Assembly (NCBI RefSeq): GCF_000011805.1
Contig: NC_006840.2
Direction: 5' to 3' (one strand)
DNA from: Aliivibrio fischeri ES114
Lineage (GTDB): Bacteria; Pseudomonadota; Gammaproteobacteria; Enterobacterales; Vibrionaceae
Length of the DNA stretch: 32,000 nucleotides
Under the pieces are notes generated by a model. The model did not search any database. It worked only from the letters and a program-made list of their open reading frames with translations, and had not been told where the DNA came from. Of this stretch, positions 18,615 to 28,194 are shown piece by piece. Numbering within the stretch: the stretch's first letter is position 1; each line of letters starts with the position of its first letter. The translations under genes were made by a program, and so were the position numbers.

Positions 18615-19706
18615 ATGATAAACGCATATCTGTTTGTGTTTCTCGTCTCATTTATCAGTTTATTTATTATGCGCAAAGTGGCTAAGCGCATTGGCTTGGT
18701 AGATAAACCTAATGAGCGAAAACATCATAAAGGAGTCATTCCATTAATTGGTGGTATTTCTATATTCACTACATTATGTATTGGTTTGCTTCTTTTCCTC
18801 CCTGTTACTGAAACTTTGCTTATGTATTTAGCATGTGCAGCGGTATTAGTGGTGCTAGGGGCCTTTGATGATTACTTTGATGTGTCATTTAAAATTAGGT
18901 TAATTGTTCAAACTGGCATTTCTCTGGTTATCATTTTTGCTGGTGGACACAGTTTACATAATTTAGGTTTCTTAATGGGCAGTGAGACCATCATGTTGTC
19001 TTCTGCGGTAAGTGGTTTTATTACCATTTTAGGTGTGATAGGGGCGATTAATGCCTTTAATATGGTGGATGGTATTGATGGCTTATTAGGTGGGTTAGCA
19101 TCGGTTACTTTTGCTGCGCTAGCTACCGTGTTCTATTACAGTGGTAATGATTATCTTGCTCATGTGTGCGGGTTAATCGTTATTGCTATGGTGCCATACA
19201 TTATGCTTAACCTCGGTTTTCCTTTGGGGCGTCGTTTTAAAGTCTTTATGGGTGATGCCGGCAGTATGTTTATTGGCTTTACGGTGGTTTGGATGCTTAT
19301 TCGTGGTTCACAAGAGCCAGCCGTTATTGCATTTAAACCGGTAACCGCATTATGGTTAATTGCAATTCCTCTTATGGATATGGCAACCATTATGATCCGT
19401 CGTGTTCGTAAGGGCCAATCTCCATTCAAACCAGATCGTGAGCATTTACATCATATTTGCCAGCGTTTGGGTTTATCTTCTTATATGACGCTTTTCTTAA
19501 TTTGTACTGTTGCTTTAATTTGCGCTTTCTTCGGCATTTGGGCTGATTTAAACGGCGTGAGTGAGTCGGTCATGTTCTTTAGTTTCTTGGCGCTATTTGG
19601 CGTGTACTTTATGACTATCAGCTACATCTGGCGTATCACAACATTTGTGCATAAGCTGTTTGGTAAGCGTATGTCGGTACAGCTTCAAGCTGAGATAAGC
19701 AAATAA
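18615..19706 (+). CDS. wecA: Undecaprenyl-phosphate N-acetylhexosamine-1-P transferase (WecA/MraY-like family)
   Basis: RIGLVDKPNERKHHKGVIPLIGGI, LGAFDDYFDVSFKIRL, NAFNMVDGIDGLLGGL; polytopic. Confidence 0.88.
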   Translation: MINAYLFVFLVSFISLFIMRKVAKRIGLVDKPNERKHHKGVIPLIGGISIFTTLCIGLLLFLPVTETLLMYLACAAVLVVLGAFDDYFDVSFKIRLIVQTGISLVIIFAGGHSLHNLGFLMGSETIMLSSAVSGFITILGVIGAINAFNMVDGIDGLLGGLASVTFAALATVFYYSGNDYLAHVCGLIVIAMVPYIMLNLGFPLGRRFKVFMGDAGSMFIGFTVVWMLIRGSQEPAVIAFKPVTALWLIAIPLMDMATIMIRRVRKGQSPFKPDREHLHHICQRLGLSSYMTLFLICTVALICAFFGIWADLNGVSESVMFFSFLALFGVYFMTISYIWRITTFVHKLFGKRMSVQLQAEISK

Positions 19707-19741
19707 TGGCGTTTTGCTAAATATATAGATAATCAATACAC

Positions 19742-19779
19742 AAAAGCGGATATAACTTAAGGTTGTATCCGCTTTTTTT
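19742..19779 (+). terminator. Rho-independent terminator after wecA-like gene
   Basis: Perfect 11-bp arms AAAAGCGGATA / TATCCGCTTTT (19742-19752 and 19766-19776) ending in a T tract. Confidence 0.85.
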
Positions 19780-19791
19780 GTCTTATACTCT

Positions 19792-19899
19792 CTAGGTGCT
19801 AGGTGCTAGGTGCTAGGTGCTAGGTGCTAGGTGCTAGGTGCTAGGTGCTAGGTGCTAGGTGCTAGGTGCTAGGTGCTAGGTGCTAGATGCTAGGTGCTA
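19792..19899. repeat. 7-bp tandem repeat array, unit CTAGGTG, about 15 copies
   Basis: Read directly: (CTAGGTG)n from 19792, with one variant unit CTAGATG near the 3' end. Confidence 0.97.
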
Positions 19900-20220
19900 C
19901 TCTCTCTTTAGCTCAGTCCTTGCTTTTACTCGCCCCTTAACTCTCGTCCCTTAGCTCTCATCTCTGCTCTTCCTCGTCCTTAGTCCCTTTACTTATAGTC
20001 CCTTATTTTCTCACCCCTCCCTCAACCTCTCATATTCCACTTATAAATTTCAGTCTTTAGTGTGTTTGCCGATATATGGGCTTACTATGTAGCCAATCGT
20101 TTATTGGTCTTGCCTTTGAGTACGTTGCAAAGATGCTAACTTATTGGGCTTATGATAAAATATAAGCATATATAAACAGTTTAAATCATCAAACGCCTTG
20201 GGTATGCGTTATAACCTATG

Positions 20221-20231
20221 GGCGGTAGCGT
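20221..20231 (+). promoter_or_regulatory. ops (RfaH recruitment) element within a JUMPStart-like leader
   Basis: GGCGGTAGCGT matches the ops core. It lies in the leader about 50 bp upstream of the first gene of a polysaccharide operon. Confidence 0.85.
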
Positions 20232-20280
20232 ACCTAATTGTTGTTTTTAAACCATAAACAAGAAAGTTAAGTAATTCTTT

Positions 20281-21246
20281 ATGCAATATAAAATTGAAGT
20301 TTTGCCAGCTGGTGTTCATTATCAGAGTGAAGATAATCTTCTTGATGATGCCCTTTCTCAAAATATTCCCTTAGAACATAGTTGTAAGACTGGGGATTGT
20401 GGTGCTTGTAGTGCAGAGATAATTACAGGAAATGTAGAAAATGTGCATGGAAACGTAGTTACTCAAGGCGAAATTCTTACTTGTCAATCAAAAGCGTTAT
20501 CTGATGTTGTTTTAAAAGCAAATTATTACCCTGAGTTGGTGGATATAAAACAACAAACGATTCCGTGTAAAGTAGCCAATGTGATTCGAGTTACTGACGA
20601 TATTATTATTCTTAAATTCCGTTTTCCACCAACGGTTAAGTTTGATTACCTTCCGGGTCAATATGTTGATTTGAGCTATAAAGGCATTAAGCGAAGTTAC
20701 TCTATTGCAAATGCAAAGTTAGATAGCAAAGAATTAGAATTACATATTCGAAAAGTGCCTAATGGACAAATGTCTGAATTGATTTTTGGTGATGTGCAAC
20801 TAAATCAATTAATGAGGATGGAAGGTCCAAAAGGGACGTTTTTTGTTCGTAATAATAATAAGCCACTTCTTTTACTCGCAACAGGTACTGGTATTGCCCC
20901 AATTAAGGCTATAGTTGAAGAGCTAATTGTAAAAGAAGATAAACGTAATGTTTATATTTACTGGGGTATGCAATATGAAGCGGAATTATATTGTACAGAA
21001 CTAGCTCAATATGCTGAAGAATATGAGCATATTCAATTCTCTCCTGTTTTGTCAAAAGAGCAAGATTGGCAAGGACATAAAGGTTATGTTCAAGATGCTG
21101 TTAATCATGATTTTGATTCATTAGAAAACGTTGAAGTATATGCGTGTGGTTCATTGAGGATGATCGATGAAGCTAAAGTATTATTTATGAATAAGCAATT
21201 ACCATCAGATTCCTTTCACTCTGATGCATTTACCCCTGCAAAATAA
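20281..21246 (+). CDS. ddhD: CDP-6-deoxy-delta-3,4-glucoseen reductase (E3; DdhD/AscD-like)
   Basis: N-terminal plant-type 2Fe-2S motif CKTGDCGAC plus distal Cys (GEILTCQSKA), then FNR-type flavin/NAD domain (KRSYSIANAK, LLLATGTGIAPIKAIVEEL); followed by ddhA, ddhB and ddhC. Confidence 0.92.
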   Translation: MQYKIEVLPAGVHYQSEDNLLDDALSQNIPLEHSCKTGDCGACSAEIITGNVENVHGNVVTQGEILTCQSKALSDVVLKANYYPELVDIKQQTIPCKVANVIRVTDDIIILKFRFPPTVKFDYLPGQYVDLSYKGIKRSYSIANAKLDSKELELHIRKVPNGQMSELIFGDVQLNQLMRMEGPKGTFFVRNNNKPLLLLATGTGIAPIKAIVEELIVKEDKRNVYIYWGMQYEAELYCTELAQYAEEYEHIQFSPVLSKEQDWQGHKGYVQDAVNHDFDSLENVEVYACGSLRMIDEAKVLFMNKQLPSDSFHSDAFTPAK

Positions 21247-21268
21247 TTTAAATTAGTTGGAGATACCA

Positions 21269-22042
21269 ATGAAAGCAGTGATTCTAGCTGGTGGTTTAGG
21301 CACTCGCCTAAGTGAAGAAACATCAGTAAAACCAAAACCAATGGTTGAAATCGGTGGAAAACCAATTTTATGGCACATCATGAAGCTATATTCTGCTCAT
21401 GGCATTAATGATTTCATTATTTGTTGTGGTTATAAAGGATATGTAATTAAAGAGTATTTTGCTAATTATTTCTTACATATGTCTGATGTCACTTTTGATA
21501 TGAAAGAAAATAAAATGGAAGTACACCATAAACGTGCAGAACCTTGGACGGTAACATTAGTTGATACTGGTGATAATTCGATGACAGGTGGTCGTTTAGG
21601 CCGAGTTGCAGATTATCTTAAAGACGAAGAGGCTTTTTGTTTTACCTATGGTGATGGTGTTAGTGATGTTGATATTACAAAAACACTTGAGTTCCATAAA
21701 GCTCATGGAAAAAAAGCAACGTTAACGGCAACATTTCCTCCTGGCCGTTTTGGCGCTTTAGATATTTCTGCAGGTAAAGTTAATAGTTTTAAAGAAAAGC
21801 CTCGTGGTGATGGCGCTATGATTAATGGTGGGTTCTTTATTCTATCCCCTAAAGTGCTGAAGTTGATCGATGGTGATAGTTGTACTTGGGAGCAGTACCC
21901 ATTAAATAAATTAGCCGAAGATGGCGAGTTAATGGCTTATGAGCATCATGGCTTTTGGCAACCAATGGATACTTTGCGCGATAAGGTATATTTAGATGAG
22001 TTATGGCAAGAAGGTAAAGCACCTTGGAAAATTTGGGAGTAA
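21269..22042 (+). CDS. rfbF: Glucose-1-phosphate cytidylyltransferase
   Basis: [48 protein letters not shown] at 21269 (GGAGA upstream) preferred over TTG at 21257. Confidence 0.96.
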   Translation: MKAVILAGGLGTRLSEETSVKPKPMVEIGGKPILWHIMKLYSAHGINDFIICCGYKGYVIKEYFANYFLHMSDVTFDMKENKMEVHHKRAEPWTVTLVDTGDNSMTGGRLGRVADYLKDEEAFCFTYGDGVSDVDITKTLEFHKAHGKKATLTATFPPGRFGALDISAGKVNSFKEKPRGDGAMINGGFFILSPKVLKLIDGDSCTWEQYPLNKLAEDGELMAYEHHGFWQPMDTLRDKVYLDELWQEGKAPWKIWE

Positions 22043-22045
22043 GTT

Positions 22046-23128
22046 ATGAATCCTAGTTTCTGGAAAGGTAAAAAAGTATTTGTGACAGGTCATTCTGGTT
22101 TTAAAGGTGGCTGGTTATCGTTGTGGCTGCAAGAGATGGGCGCAATAGTAAAAGGATATTCTTTACCGGCTCCTACTTTACCAAGCTTATTTGAAGAGGC
22201 GAAGGTTGGATCTAGAATGAGTAATGAGGTAGGTGATATTCGAGACTTTACTCATCTTCGTCAAGTTATCTCAGAATTTAAACCTGAAATCGTTTTTCAT
22301 ATGGCTGCACAACCATTAGTCCGCTTATCTTATGATGATCCGATGGAAACTTATTCAACAAACGTTATGGGTACTGTTTATTTGTTGGAGGCCGTAAAGC
22401 AAGTTGGTGGTGTTAAAGCAGTCGTTAATATTACATCTGATAAATGCTATGAAAACCGCGAATGGGTTTGGGGTTATCGTGAAGATGAAGCGATGGGGGG
22501 TTATGACCCATACAGCAACAGTAAAGGTTGTGCTGAGTTAGTTGCATCATCTTATCGTCAATCTTTTTTCAATAAAGATAAATATGCTGAGCATGGTTGT
22601 GCGTTAGCTTCTGTTCGAGCTGGTAATGTTATTGGTGGCGGTGATTGGGCTGATGATCGTCTTATTCCTGATATGCTTAAGGCGTTTTCGAGCAATCAGG
22701 CCGTTGAAATCCGTAGTCCCCATGCTATACGTCCTTGGCAACATGTTCTTGAACCTCTTTCTGGCTACATTACGATAGCTGAATATTTATATGAATATGG
22801 GTGTGATTTTGCGGAAGGGTGGAACTTTGGACCTAAAGATGAAGATGCTAAGCCAGTTGAATGGATTGTTGATACATTAACTTCTGTTTGGGGGGACGAT
22901 GCCCGTTGGTTCTTAAGTGAAGGTGAGCATCCACACGAAGCCCATTATTTAAAATTAGATTGTTCTAAAGCTAAAATGCGTTTGAATTGGCAACCAGTTT
23001 GGGATTTAGAATATACATTAACAAAGATTGTGAATTGGCAAAAAGCTTGGTTGAATAAGCAAGATATGCAGCAATACACAATTAATGAAATTAAAGAATA
23101 CATGACAGCAAGAGCAGGAACTAAATAA
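22046..23128 (+). CDS. rfbG: CDP-glucose 4,6-dehydratase
   Basis: [61 protein letters not shown]. Confidence 0.96.
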   Translation: MNPSFWKGKKVFVTGHSGFKGGWLSLWLQEMGAIVKGYSLPAPTLPSLFEEAKVGSRMSNEVGDIRDFTHLRQVISEFKPEIVFHMAAQPLVRLSYDDPMETYSTNVMGTVYLLEAVKQVGGVKAVVNITSDKCYENREWVWGYREDEAMGGYDPYSNSKGCAELVASSYRQSFFNKDKYAEHGCALASVRAGNVIGGGDWADDRLIPDMLKAFSSNQAVEIRSPHAIRPWQHVLEPLSGYITIAEYLYEYGCDFAEGWNFGPKDEDAKPVEWIVDTLTSVWGDDARWFLSEGEHPHEAHYLKLDCSKAKMRLNWQPVWDLEYTLTKIVNWQKAWLNKQDMQQYTINEIKEYMTARAGTK

Positions 23129-24441
23129 TGTCTAAAGAATTAATCAGAAGTCAAATTGCAGATCTTGTTGATCAATATGCAGCACTTGAATATGCACCTA
23201 AAGAATTTGTTGGTGGCGAAACTGTAGTACCGCCATCTGGAAAAGTACTAGGTGCGAATGAATTAAAAATGATGGTTGAAGCATCGTTAGATGGTTGGTT
23301 AACTACTGGACGCTTTAATGATGCATTTGAAAAACGCCTAGGTGAATACCTTGGTGTTCCTTATGTGTTAACTACAACATCTGGATCTTCGGCTAATTTA
23401 TTAGCATTAACAGCGTTAACATCACCAAAACTTGGTGATCGTCAATTAAAACCAGGTGATGAGGTCATTACTGTAGCTGCTGGCTTTCCAACAACGGTAA
23501 ACCCAACGATTCAAAACGGATTAATCCCTGTTTTTGTTGATGTTGATATTCCAACATATCAAATCAAACCTGACATGATCGAAGCAGCAGTTACAGAAAA
23601 AACCAAAGCAATCATGGTTGCTCATACGCTTGGCAATGTATTTGATTTAACTGAAGCACGTCGTGTAGCAGATAAATATAATCTTTGGCTAATTGAAGAT
23701 TGCTGTGATGCATTAGGCTCTACCTATAATGATCAAATGGTTGGTACGTTTGGTGATATCTCAACAGTAAGCTTTTATCCTGCTCACCATATAACAATGG
23801 GGGAAGGTGGTGCGGTATTTACTAAAGATAAAGAGCTTCGTAAATTAATTGAATCTTTCCGTGATTGGGGACGTGATTGCTACTGTGCACCAGGTTGTGA
23901 TGACACATGTAAGAAACGTTTCGATCAACAATTAGGTTCATTACCTCAAGGCTACGATCATAAATATACATATTCGCATTTAGGCTATAACTTAAAAATT
24001 ACCGATATGCAGGCAGCTTGTGGCCTTGCACAAATGGATCGTGTTGAAGAGTTAGTGCAAGCTCGTAAAGATAATTATGCATATTTAAAAGAAGGCTTAG
24101 CCTCATGCGAGGAGTTTATTATTCTTCCTGAAGCAACTGAGAATTCAACTCCATCATGGTTTGGCTTCCCTATCACAATCAAAGAAGATAGTGGTATTGA
24201 GCGTGTTGATCTTCTTAAGTTTATGGATCAATTTAAGATTGGTACTCGTTTATTATTTGCTGGTAATTTAACTCGCCAACCGTACTTTAAAGATGTTGAG
24301 TATCGTGTTGTTGGTGAATTAACTAACACTGATTTAATTATGAATAATACATTCTGGATTGGTGTGTATCCTGGTTTAACTAAAGATCATTTAGACTTTG
24401 TTATCGAAAAGTTTGAAGAGTTTTTTGGTGTGAGTTTTTAG
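23128..24441 (+). CDS. rfbH: CDP-6-deoxy-4-keto-D-glucose-3-dehydrase (E1; RfbH/DdhC, DegT/AHBA superfamily)
   Basis: PLP aminotransferase-like fold where the usual Schiff-base Lys is His ([14 protein letters not shown]); Cys-rich [11 protein letters not shown] consistent with the 2Fe-2S E1 enzyme. Confidence 0.95.
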   Translation: MSKELIRSQIADLVDQYAALEYAPKEFVGGETVVPPSGKVLGANELKMMVEASLDGWLTTGRFNDAFEKRLGEYLGVPYVLTTTSGSSANLLALTALTSPKLGDRQLKPGDEVITVAAGFPTTVNPTIQNGLIPVFVDVDIPTYQIKPDMIEAAVTEKTKAIMVAHTLGNVFDLTEARRVADKYNLWLIEDCCDALGSTYNDQMVGTFGDISTVSFYPAHHITMGEGGAVFTKDKELRKLIESFRDWGRDCYCAPGCDDTCKKRFDQQLGSLPQGYDHKYTYSHLGYNLKITDMQAACGLAQMDRVEELVQARKDNYAYLKEGLASCEEFIILPEATENSTPSWFGFPITIKEDSGIERVDLLKFMDQFKIGTRLLFAGNLTRQPYFKDVEYRVVGELTNTDLIMNNTFWIGVYPGLTKDHLDFVIEKFEEFFGVSF

Positions 24442-24456
24442 ATTTAAGGTAGGCAA

Positions 24457-26157
24457 ATGAAAGCTTCAGATGCAGTAGCAAGATTATTATCATTAAATAA
24501 TGTAAATGTTGGTTTTGAGTTAATAGGTGGGATGATTACACATTTAGTCGATAGTATTAATGAGTTAGGCGAGACCACATTATTATCATTACATCATGAA
24601 CAAGCTGCTGCATTTGCTGCGGGTGGGGTTGCAAGAGCAACCAATAATAAAATTATAGGTCTAGCTCTTGGAACTAGTGGACCAGGAGCTACGAATTTAA
24701 TTACAGGAATCGCGGATTGTTGGTTAGATAATTACCCTTGTATTTTTATTACAGGGCAAGTTAACACTTATGAATTAAAAGGTGATAAACCTTTAAGACA
24801 GCAGGGATTCCAAGAGCTTGATATTGTTAGTTTAGTCGAATCGATTACCAAATATGCAGTTCAAGTAAAGACAGCAGAAGAGATTTTACCAACATTACAA
24901 AAAGCTATAAATATGGCAAAAGAAGGTCGCCCTGGACCTGTATTGATTGATATCCCAATGAATTTACAAAGGGAAGAGTTAAATATTCAACTGAATGATA
25001 TCAATAGTTTTTTAAATGTTGACGTTGATGATGAGCTAAAATCTGAAGCTATTGATTATTCTTCATTAGATTGTTTATTAAAAAATGCAGAAAAACCAGT
25101 ATTTATTATCGGCGGTGGCGCTTGTAGTGAAGTGCATTTCGATGATTGGCAAAGTAAAATATCTAATTACGGCATTCCGTGTGTTTCTAGTTTAAAAGGG
25201 ACAGAAAAGACCACTTGCCTACCTGGCTATTTAGGTATGCTTGGTGCTTATGGAACTCGTGCTGCTAATTATGCAGTGCAGAACGCAGATTTGATTATTA
25301 TTCTTGGAAGCCGACTTGATGTTAGGCAAACAGGAGCAAATGCAGATGATTTTGCTCGGAGTGCAAAGAATATAGTCCAAATTGATATTGATGCAGCACA
25401 ACTTAATAATCGAGTTAGAAATAATTTATCAATTATTGGAAAGTGCAATGATTATTTTATTCACATGCTAAATGGTGATCTTAAAATAAACTGTGTTGAA
25501 TGGCATAATGAAGTTACTGGTTTATTTCATGAAAAGTTTACAGATGAATACCCTGAATTAAAATTTAGTCCTTTTCAAATTGTAAACTCTTTATCTCAAT
25601 GTTTTAGAGGTAAAGCTGTACAGTTTGTCGCTGATGTAGGTAATCATCAAATGTGGCTTGCTCATTCACTGCTTTTAGAGAAGCAACAAAAATCTCATCA
25701 TTCAGGCGGACTAGGCGCTATGGGATTCTCTTTACCTACGGCAATTGGAGTGAAGTTAGCAACTGATGATCTTGTTGTTTCGATTTCTGGCGATGGTGGA
25801 TTTCAGCTTAATGTGCAAGAGCTAGATATTATCAACCGTGAGCAGTTACCAATTTTAGTTATTATTTTAAATAACCATTCATTAGGAATGGTTAAGAATT
25901 TTCAAGATATGTACTTTGAAGGGCGTAGCCAACCAACGTATTGGAATGGGTATTCTTGCTCATTTAAGGATATAGGAGAAGCTTATGGGATTGAATCACA
26001 TAAAGTAAATGATAATTTTGATTTCTTAAGTAATGTTAAAAGTTATGTTGATAATCCAAGACCGTTATTAATTGAAGTGTCAATTGAAAATATTACTTCA
26101 TGCAAGCCAAGATTAGCGTTTGGTAAGCCAATTGATGAGCAATATCCTAATGATTAA
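24457..26157 (+). CDS. ThDP-dependent acetolactate-synthase-like enzyme; candidate YerE-type acetaldehyde transferase
   Basis: HEQAAAFAAGGVARAT, TSGPGATNLITGIADC, GDGGFQLNVQELDIINREQLPILVIILNN (ThDP motif); placed directly after the CDP-3,6-dideoxyhexose genes. Confidence 0.88.
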   Translation: MKASDAVARLLSLNNVNVGFELIGGMITHLVDSINELGETTLLSLHHEQAAAFAAGGVARATNNKIIGLALGTSGPGATNLITGIADCWLDNYPCIFITGQVNTYELKGDKPLRQQGFQELDIVSLVESITKYAVQVKTAEEILPTLQKAINMAKEGRPGPVLIDIPMNLQREELNIQLNDINSFLNVDVDDELKSEAIDYSSLDCLLKNAEKPVFIIGGGACSEVHFDDWQSKISNYGIPCVSSLKGTEKTTCLPGYLGMLGAYGTRAANYAVQNADLIIILGSRLDVRQTGANADDFARSAKNIVQIDIDAAQLNNRVRNNLSIIGKCNDYFIHMLNGDLKINCVEWHNEVTGLFHEKFTDEYPELKFSPFQIVNSLSQCFRGKAVQFVADVGNHQMWLAHSLLLEKQQKSHHSGGLGAMGFSLPTAIGVKLATDDLVVSISGDGGFQLNVQELDIINREQLPILVIILNNHSLGMVKNFQDMYFEGRSQPTYWNGYSCSFKDIGEAYGIESHKVNDNFDFLSNVKSYVDNPRPLLIEVSIENITSCKPRLAFGKPIDEQYPND

Positions 26158-27157
26158 TAAAAACGATTTAGAATTAATATCAGATAAAGTAGAGTCTTCT
26201 TTTGGTTTATTTAAAAATAAAAATATATTTATAACCGGCGGAACAGGTTTTTTTGGGAAGTGGCTTTTAGAGGCTATATTATATTTGAATTTAAAGAGAA
26301 ATTTAAATATAACAGTAACGTTGTTATCCAGAGACCCAGAGCGATTTAAAAACAATTATCCTCATTTATGTAGTAGTGATAATATAAGTTTTATAAAAGG
26401 AGATGTTAGAGATTTCCCTTTTCCTAATGAATATTTTAATTATATTATTCATGCTGCAACAGAGGCTTCTTCAACGCTAAATAAAGAAAATCCAAGTTTA
26501 ATGCGTAGTACGATAATGGATGGAGCTAAGCATATCTGCAATTTTGCGAATACCGTAAAATGCGAACGATTATTATATACAAGTTCTGGTGCAGCTTATG
26601 GCCCACAACCCCCCAATATGAAAGCCATGTCGGAGGATTTTATTATTAACCCTAACTTTAATGTTAATGATGCTTATTCTTCTGCAAAACTAGAATCTGA
26701 AGATTTTTTTAAGAATAATTTAAAATGCCAAATTATTGTAGCGCGATGTTTTGCTTTCTCTGGGCCTTATCTTCCCCTAGATGGAAGCTATGCATTCGGT
26801 AACTTTATTCGTGATGCATTAGATGGTAAAAATATATCTTTGAATGGTGATGGGACAGCTGTTCGTTCTTATCTTTATGCCGCAGATTTAGTTATTTGGT
26901 TGATGAAAGCATTAGTTATAGGACAAGATAGGACTATATATAACATTGGTTCTCCAGACCCTATTACAACGTTAAAATTGGCAGAAAAAATATGTGATGC
27001 TAGTGGTAATAATAGTAGTGTTAATGTTTTAAATAAGAGTTCAGATAGCGGGAATATTTATATTCCTTGCACGTTAAAATCACAAAGTGATTTAGATGTC
27101 GAGGTATATACATCTATTGATGAAAGTATACTTAAGACATTGAAGTTTTATCGGTAA
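26150..27157 (+). CDS. NAD(P)-dependent epimerase/dehydratase-type SDR; candidate YerF-like reductase
   Basis: FITGGTGFFGKWLLEAIL, YTSSGAAYG, AYSSAK (YxxxK). Exact start uncertain: in-frame starts at 26120, 26135 and 26150. Confidence 0.82.
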   Translation: MINKNDLELISDKVESSFGLFKNKNIFITGGTGFFGKWLLEAILYLNLKRNLNITVTLLSRDPERFKNNYPHLCSSDNISFIKGDVRDFPFPNEYFNYIIHAATEASSTLNKENPSLMRSTIMDGAKHICNFANTVKCERLLYTSSGAAYGPQPPNMKAMSEDFIINPNFNVNDAYSSAKLESEDFFKNNLKCQIIVARCFAFSGPYLPLDGSYAFGNFIRDALDGKNISLNGDGTAVRSYLYAADLVIWLMKALVIGQDRTIYNIGSPDPITTLKLAEKICDASGNNSSVNVLNKSSDSGNIYIPCTLKSQSDLDVEVYTSIDESILKTLKFYR

Positions 27158-27239
27158 AGGATATGAAACTATCCAGTAAATATTATTGTGATTCAATGTT
27201 CATATAACGAATTTCTTTTTAATAAATTAAATGGTAATA

Positions 27240-28160
27240 ATGAAAAATAATATTACAGTTTGCATACCTACTTTTAATCGGTGTGAAAGTTTAAAAAAAA
27301 CATTAGGTCATTTACTTAGTTCAAAATCAATATCCTTTTCTGTTGTTGTGTCAGATAATGCTTCAGAAGATGATACCTGGGAGTATTTAAATTCTTTAGA
27401 TGATACAAGGCTTATTATTTCTAGGAATGAAACAAATATAGGATTCACTGGTAATATATTAAAAGTTTTAGAATTATCACCGACGGATTTTATATTGTTT
27501 ATGAGTGATGAAGACTTTGTCATACTAGAAAATATAGAAGAGATAATTAGAACTAATATTGATGATGATGTTGGTGTTTTCTATGGGGGAGTTCTCCATG
27601 AGAATAATTCGACATATTATTATAAATATAATAAAAAAACTTGGAAGAAAAAAGAAGCGTTAAATAAGGTTGTATTATCTCATAGCTATATGTCAGGTAT
27701 GATCTTTAATAAGAAATATTTGGATTTAAATAAGTTTAATACATCTATAGCTGATGAAGACGTAGTTCTATACCCTCATGAAATTATGGTTTATATGATT
27801 TTATGTAATGGAGGAAAGCTTGTGACAGACTCTTTACCTATTGCAAAGCAGGGGGAAGCCGTAGAGTCTGAAGCGATTATAAAATATAAATATTACGAAT
27901 ATAATGAAAGGTTGAAACTATTTAAACAATATTGTCGAGTAGTAAGTAATTTAGATTATGGTTTAATAGAATCTAGAATATTTTTTAAGAAAATGGCTAT
28001 TATCGCTTCATGTGTATTTGTGGATGAAGTTTTAATAAAAAAAATAAAACCTAAGCAATATTTGTCGGAGATATTTTCTCTTAATTGTGGTTGGTTGTTT
28101 AAACTTCAATTTGTTACATATTCATCGGCTGTTTTTTTAATGCGTAAATTAAAAAATTAA
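27240..28160 (+). CDS. Glycosyltransferase family 2
   Basis: ITVCIPTFNRCESLKKTLGHLLSSKSISFSVVVSDNASEDDTWEYL, ILFMSDEDFV. ATG at 27240 or 27231. Confidence 0.9.
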   Translation: MKNNITVCIPTFNRCESLKKTLGHLLSSKSISFSVVVSDNASEDDTWEYLNSLDDTRLIISRNETNIGFTGNILKVLELSPTDFILFMSDEDFVILENIEEIIRTNIDDDVGVFYGGVLHENNSTYYYKYNKKTWKKKEALNKVVLSHSYMSGMIFNKKYLDLNKFNTSIADEDVVLYPHEIMVYMILCNGGKLVTDSLPIAKQGEAVESEAIIKYKYYEYNERLKLFKQYCRVVSNLDYGLIESRIFFKKMAIIASCVFVDEVLIKKIKPKQYLSEIFSLNCGWLFKLQFVTYSSAVFLMRKLKN

Positions 28161-28176
28161 AAAATTAAAAAATTAA
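28149..28176. repeat. Short 8-bp tandem repeat (TTAAAAAA, about 3.5 copies) spanning the stop of the upstream gene
   Basis: Read directly: aaattaaaaaattaaaaaattaaaaaattaaat. Confidence 0.85.
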
Positions 28177-28194
28177 ATATAAATAAGTGAATTT

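Noticed and set aside
19160-19429. Minus-strand ORF opposite wecA-like gene
   Set aside because: Shadow of a conserved membrane protein gene.
19792-19899. Array examined as a possible CRISPR
   Set aside because: Units are 7 bp and directly contiguous with no spacers, and no cas genes are seen. It is a simple tandem repeat.
26113-26355. Minus-strand ORF at the ThDP/SDR gene junction
   Set aside because: Antisense to two well-supported genes; no motifs.
27308-27523. Minus-strand ORF opposite GT2
   Set aside because: Antisense shadow ORF with no motifs.
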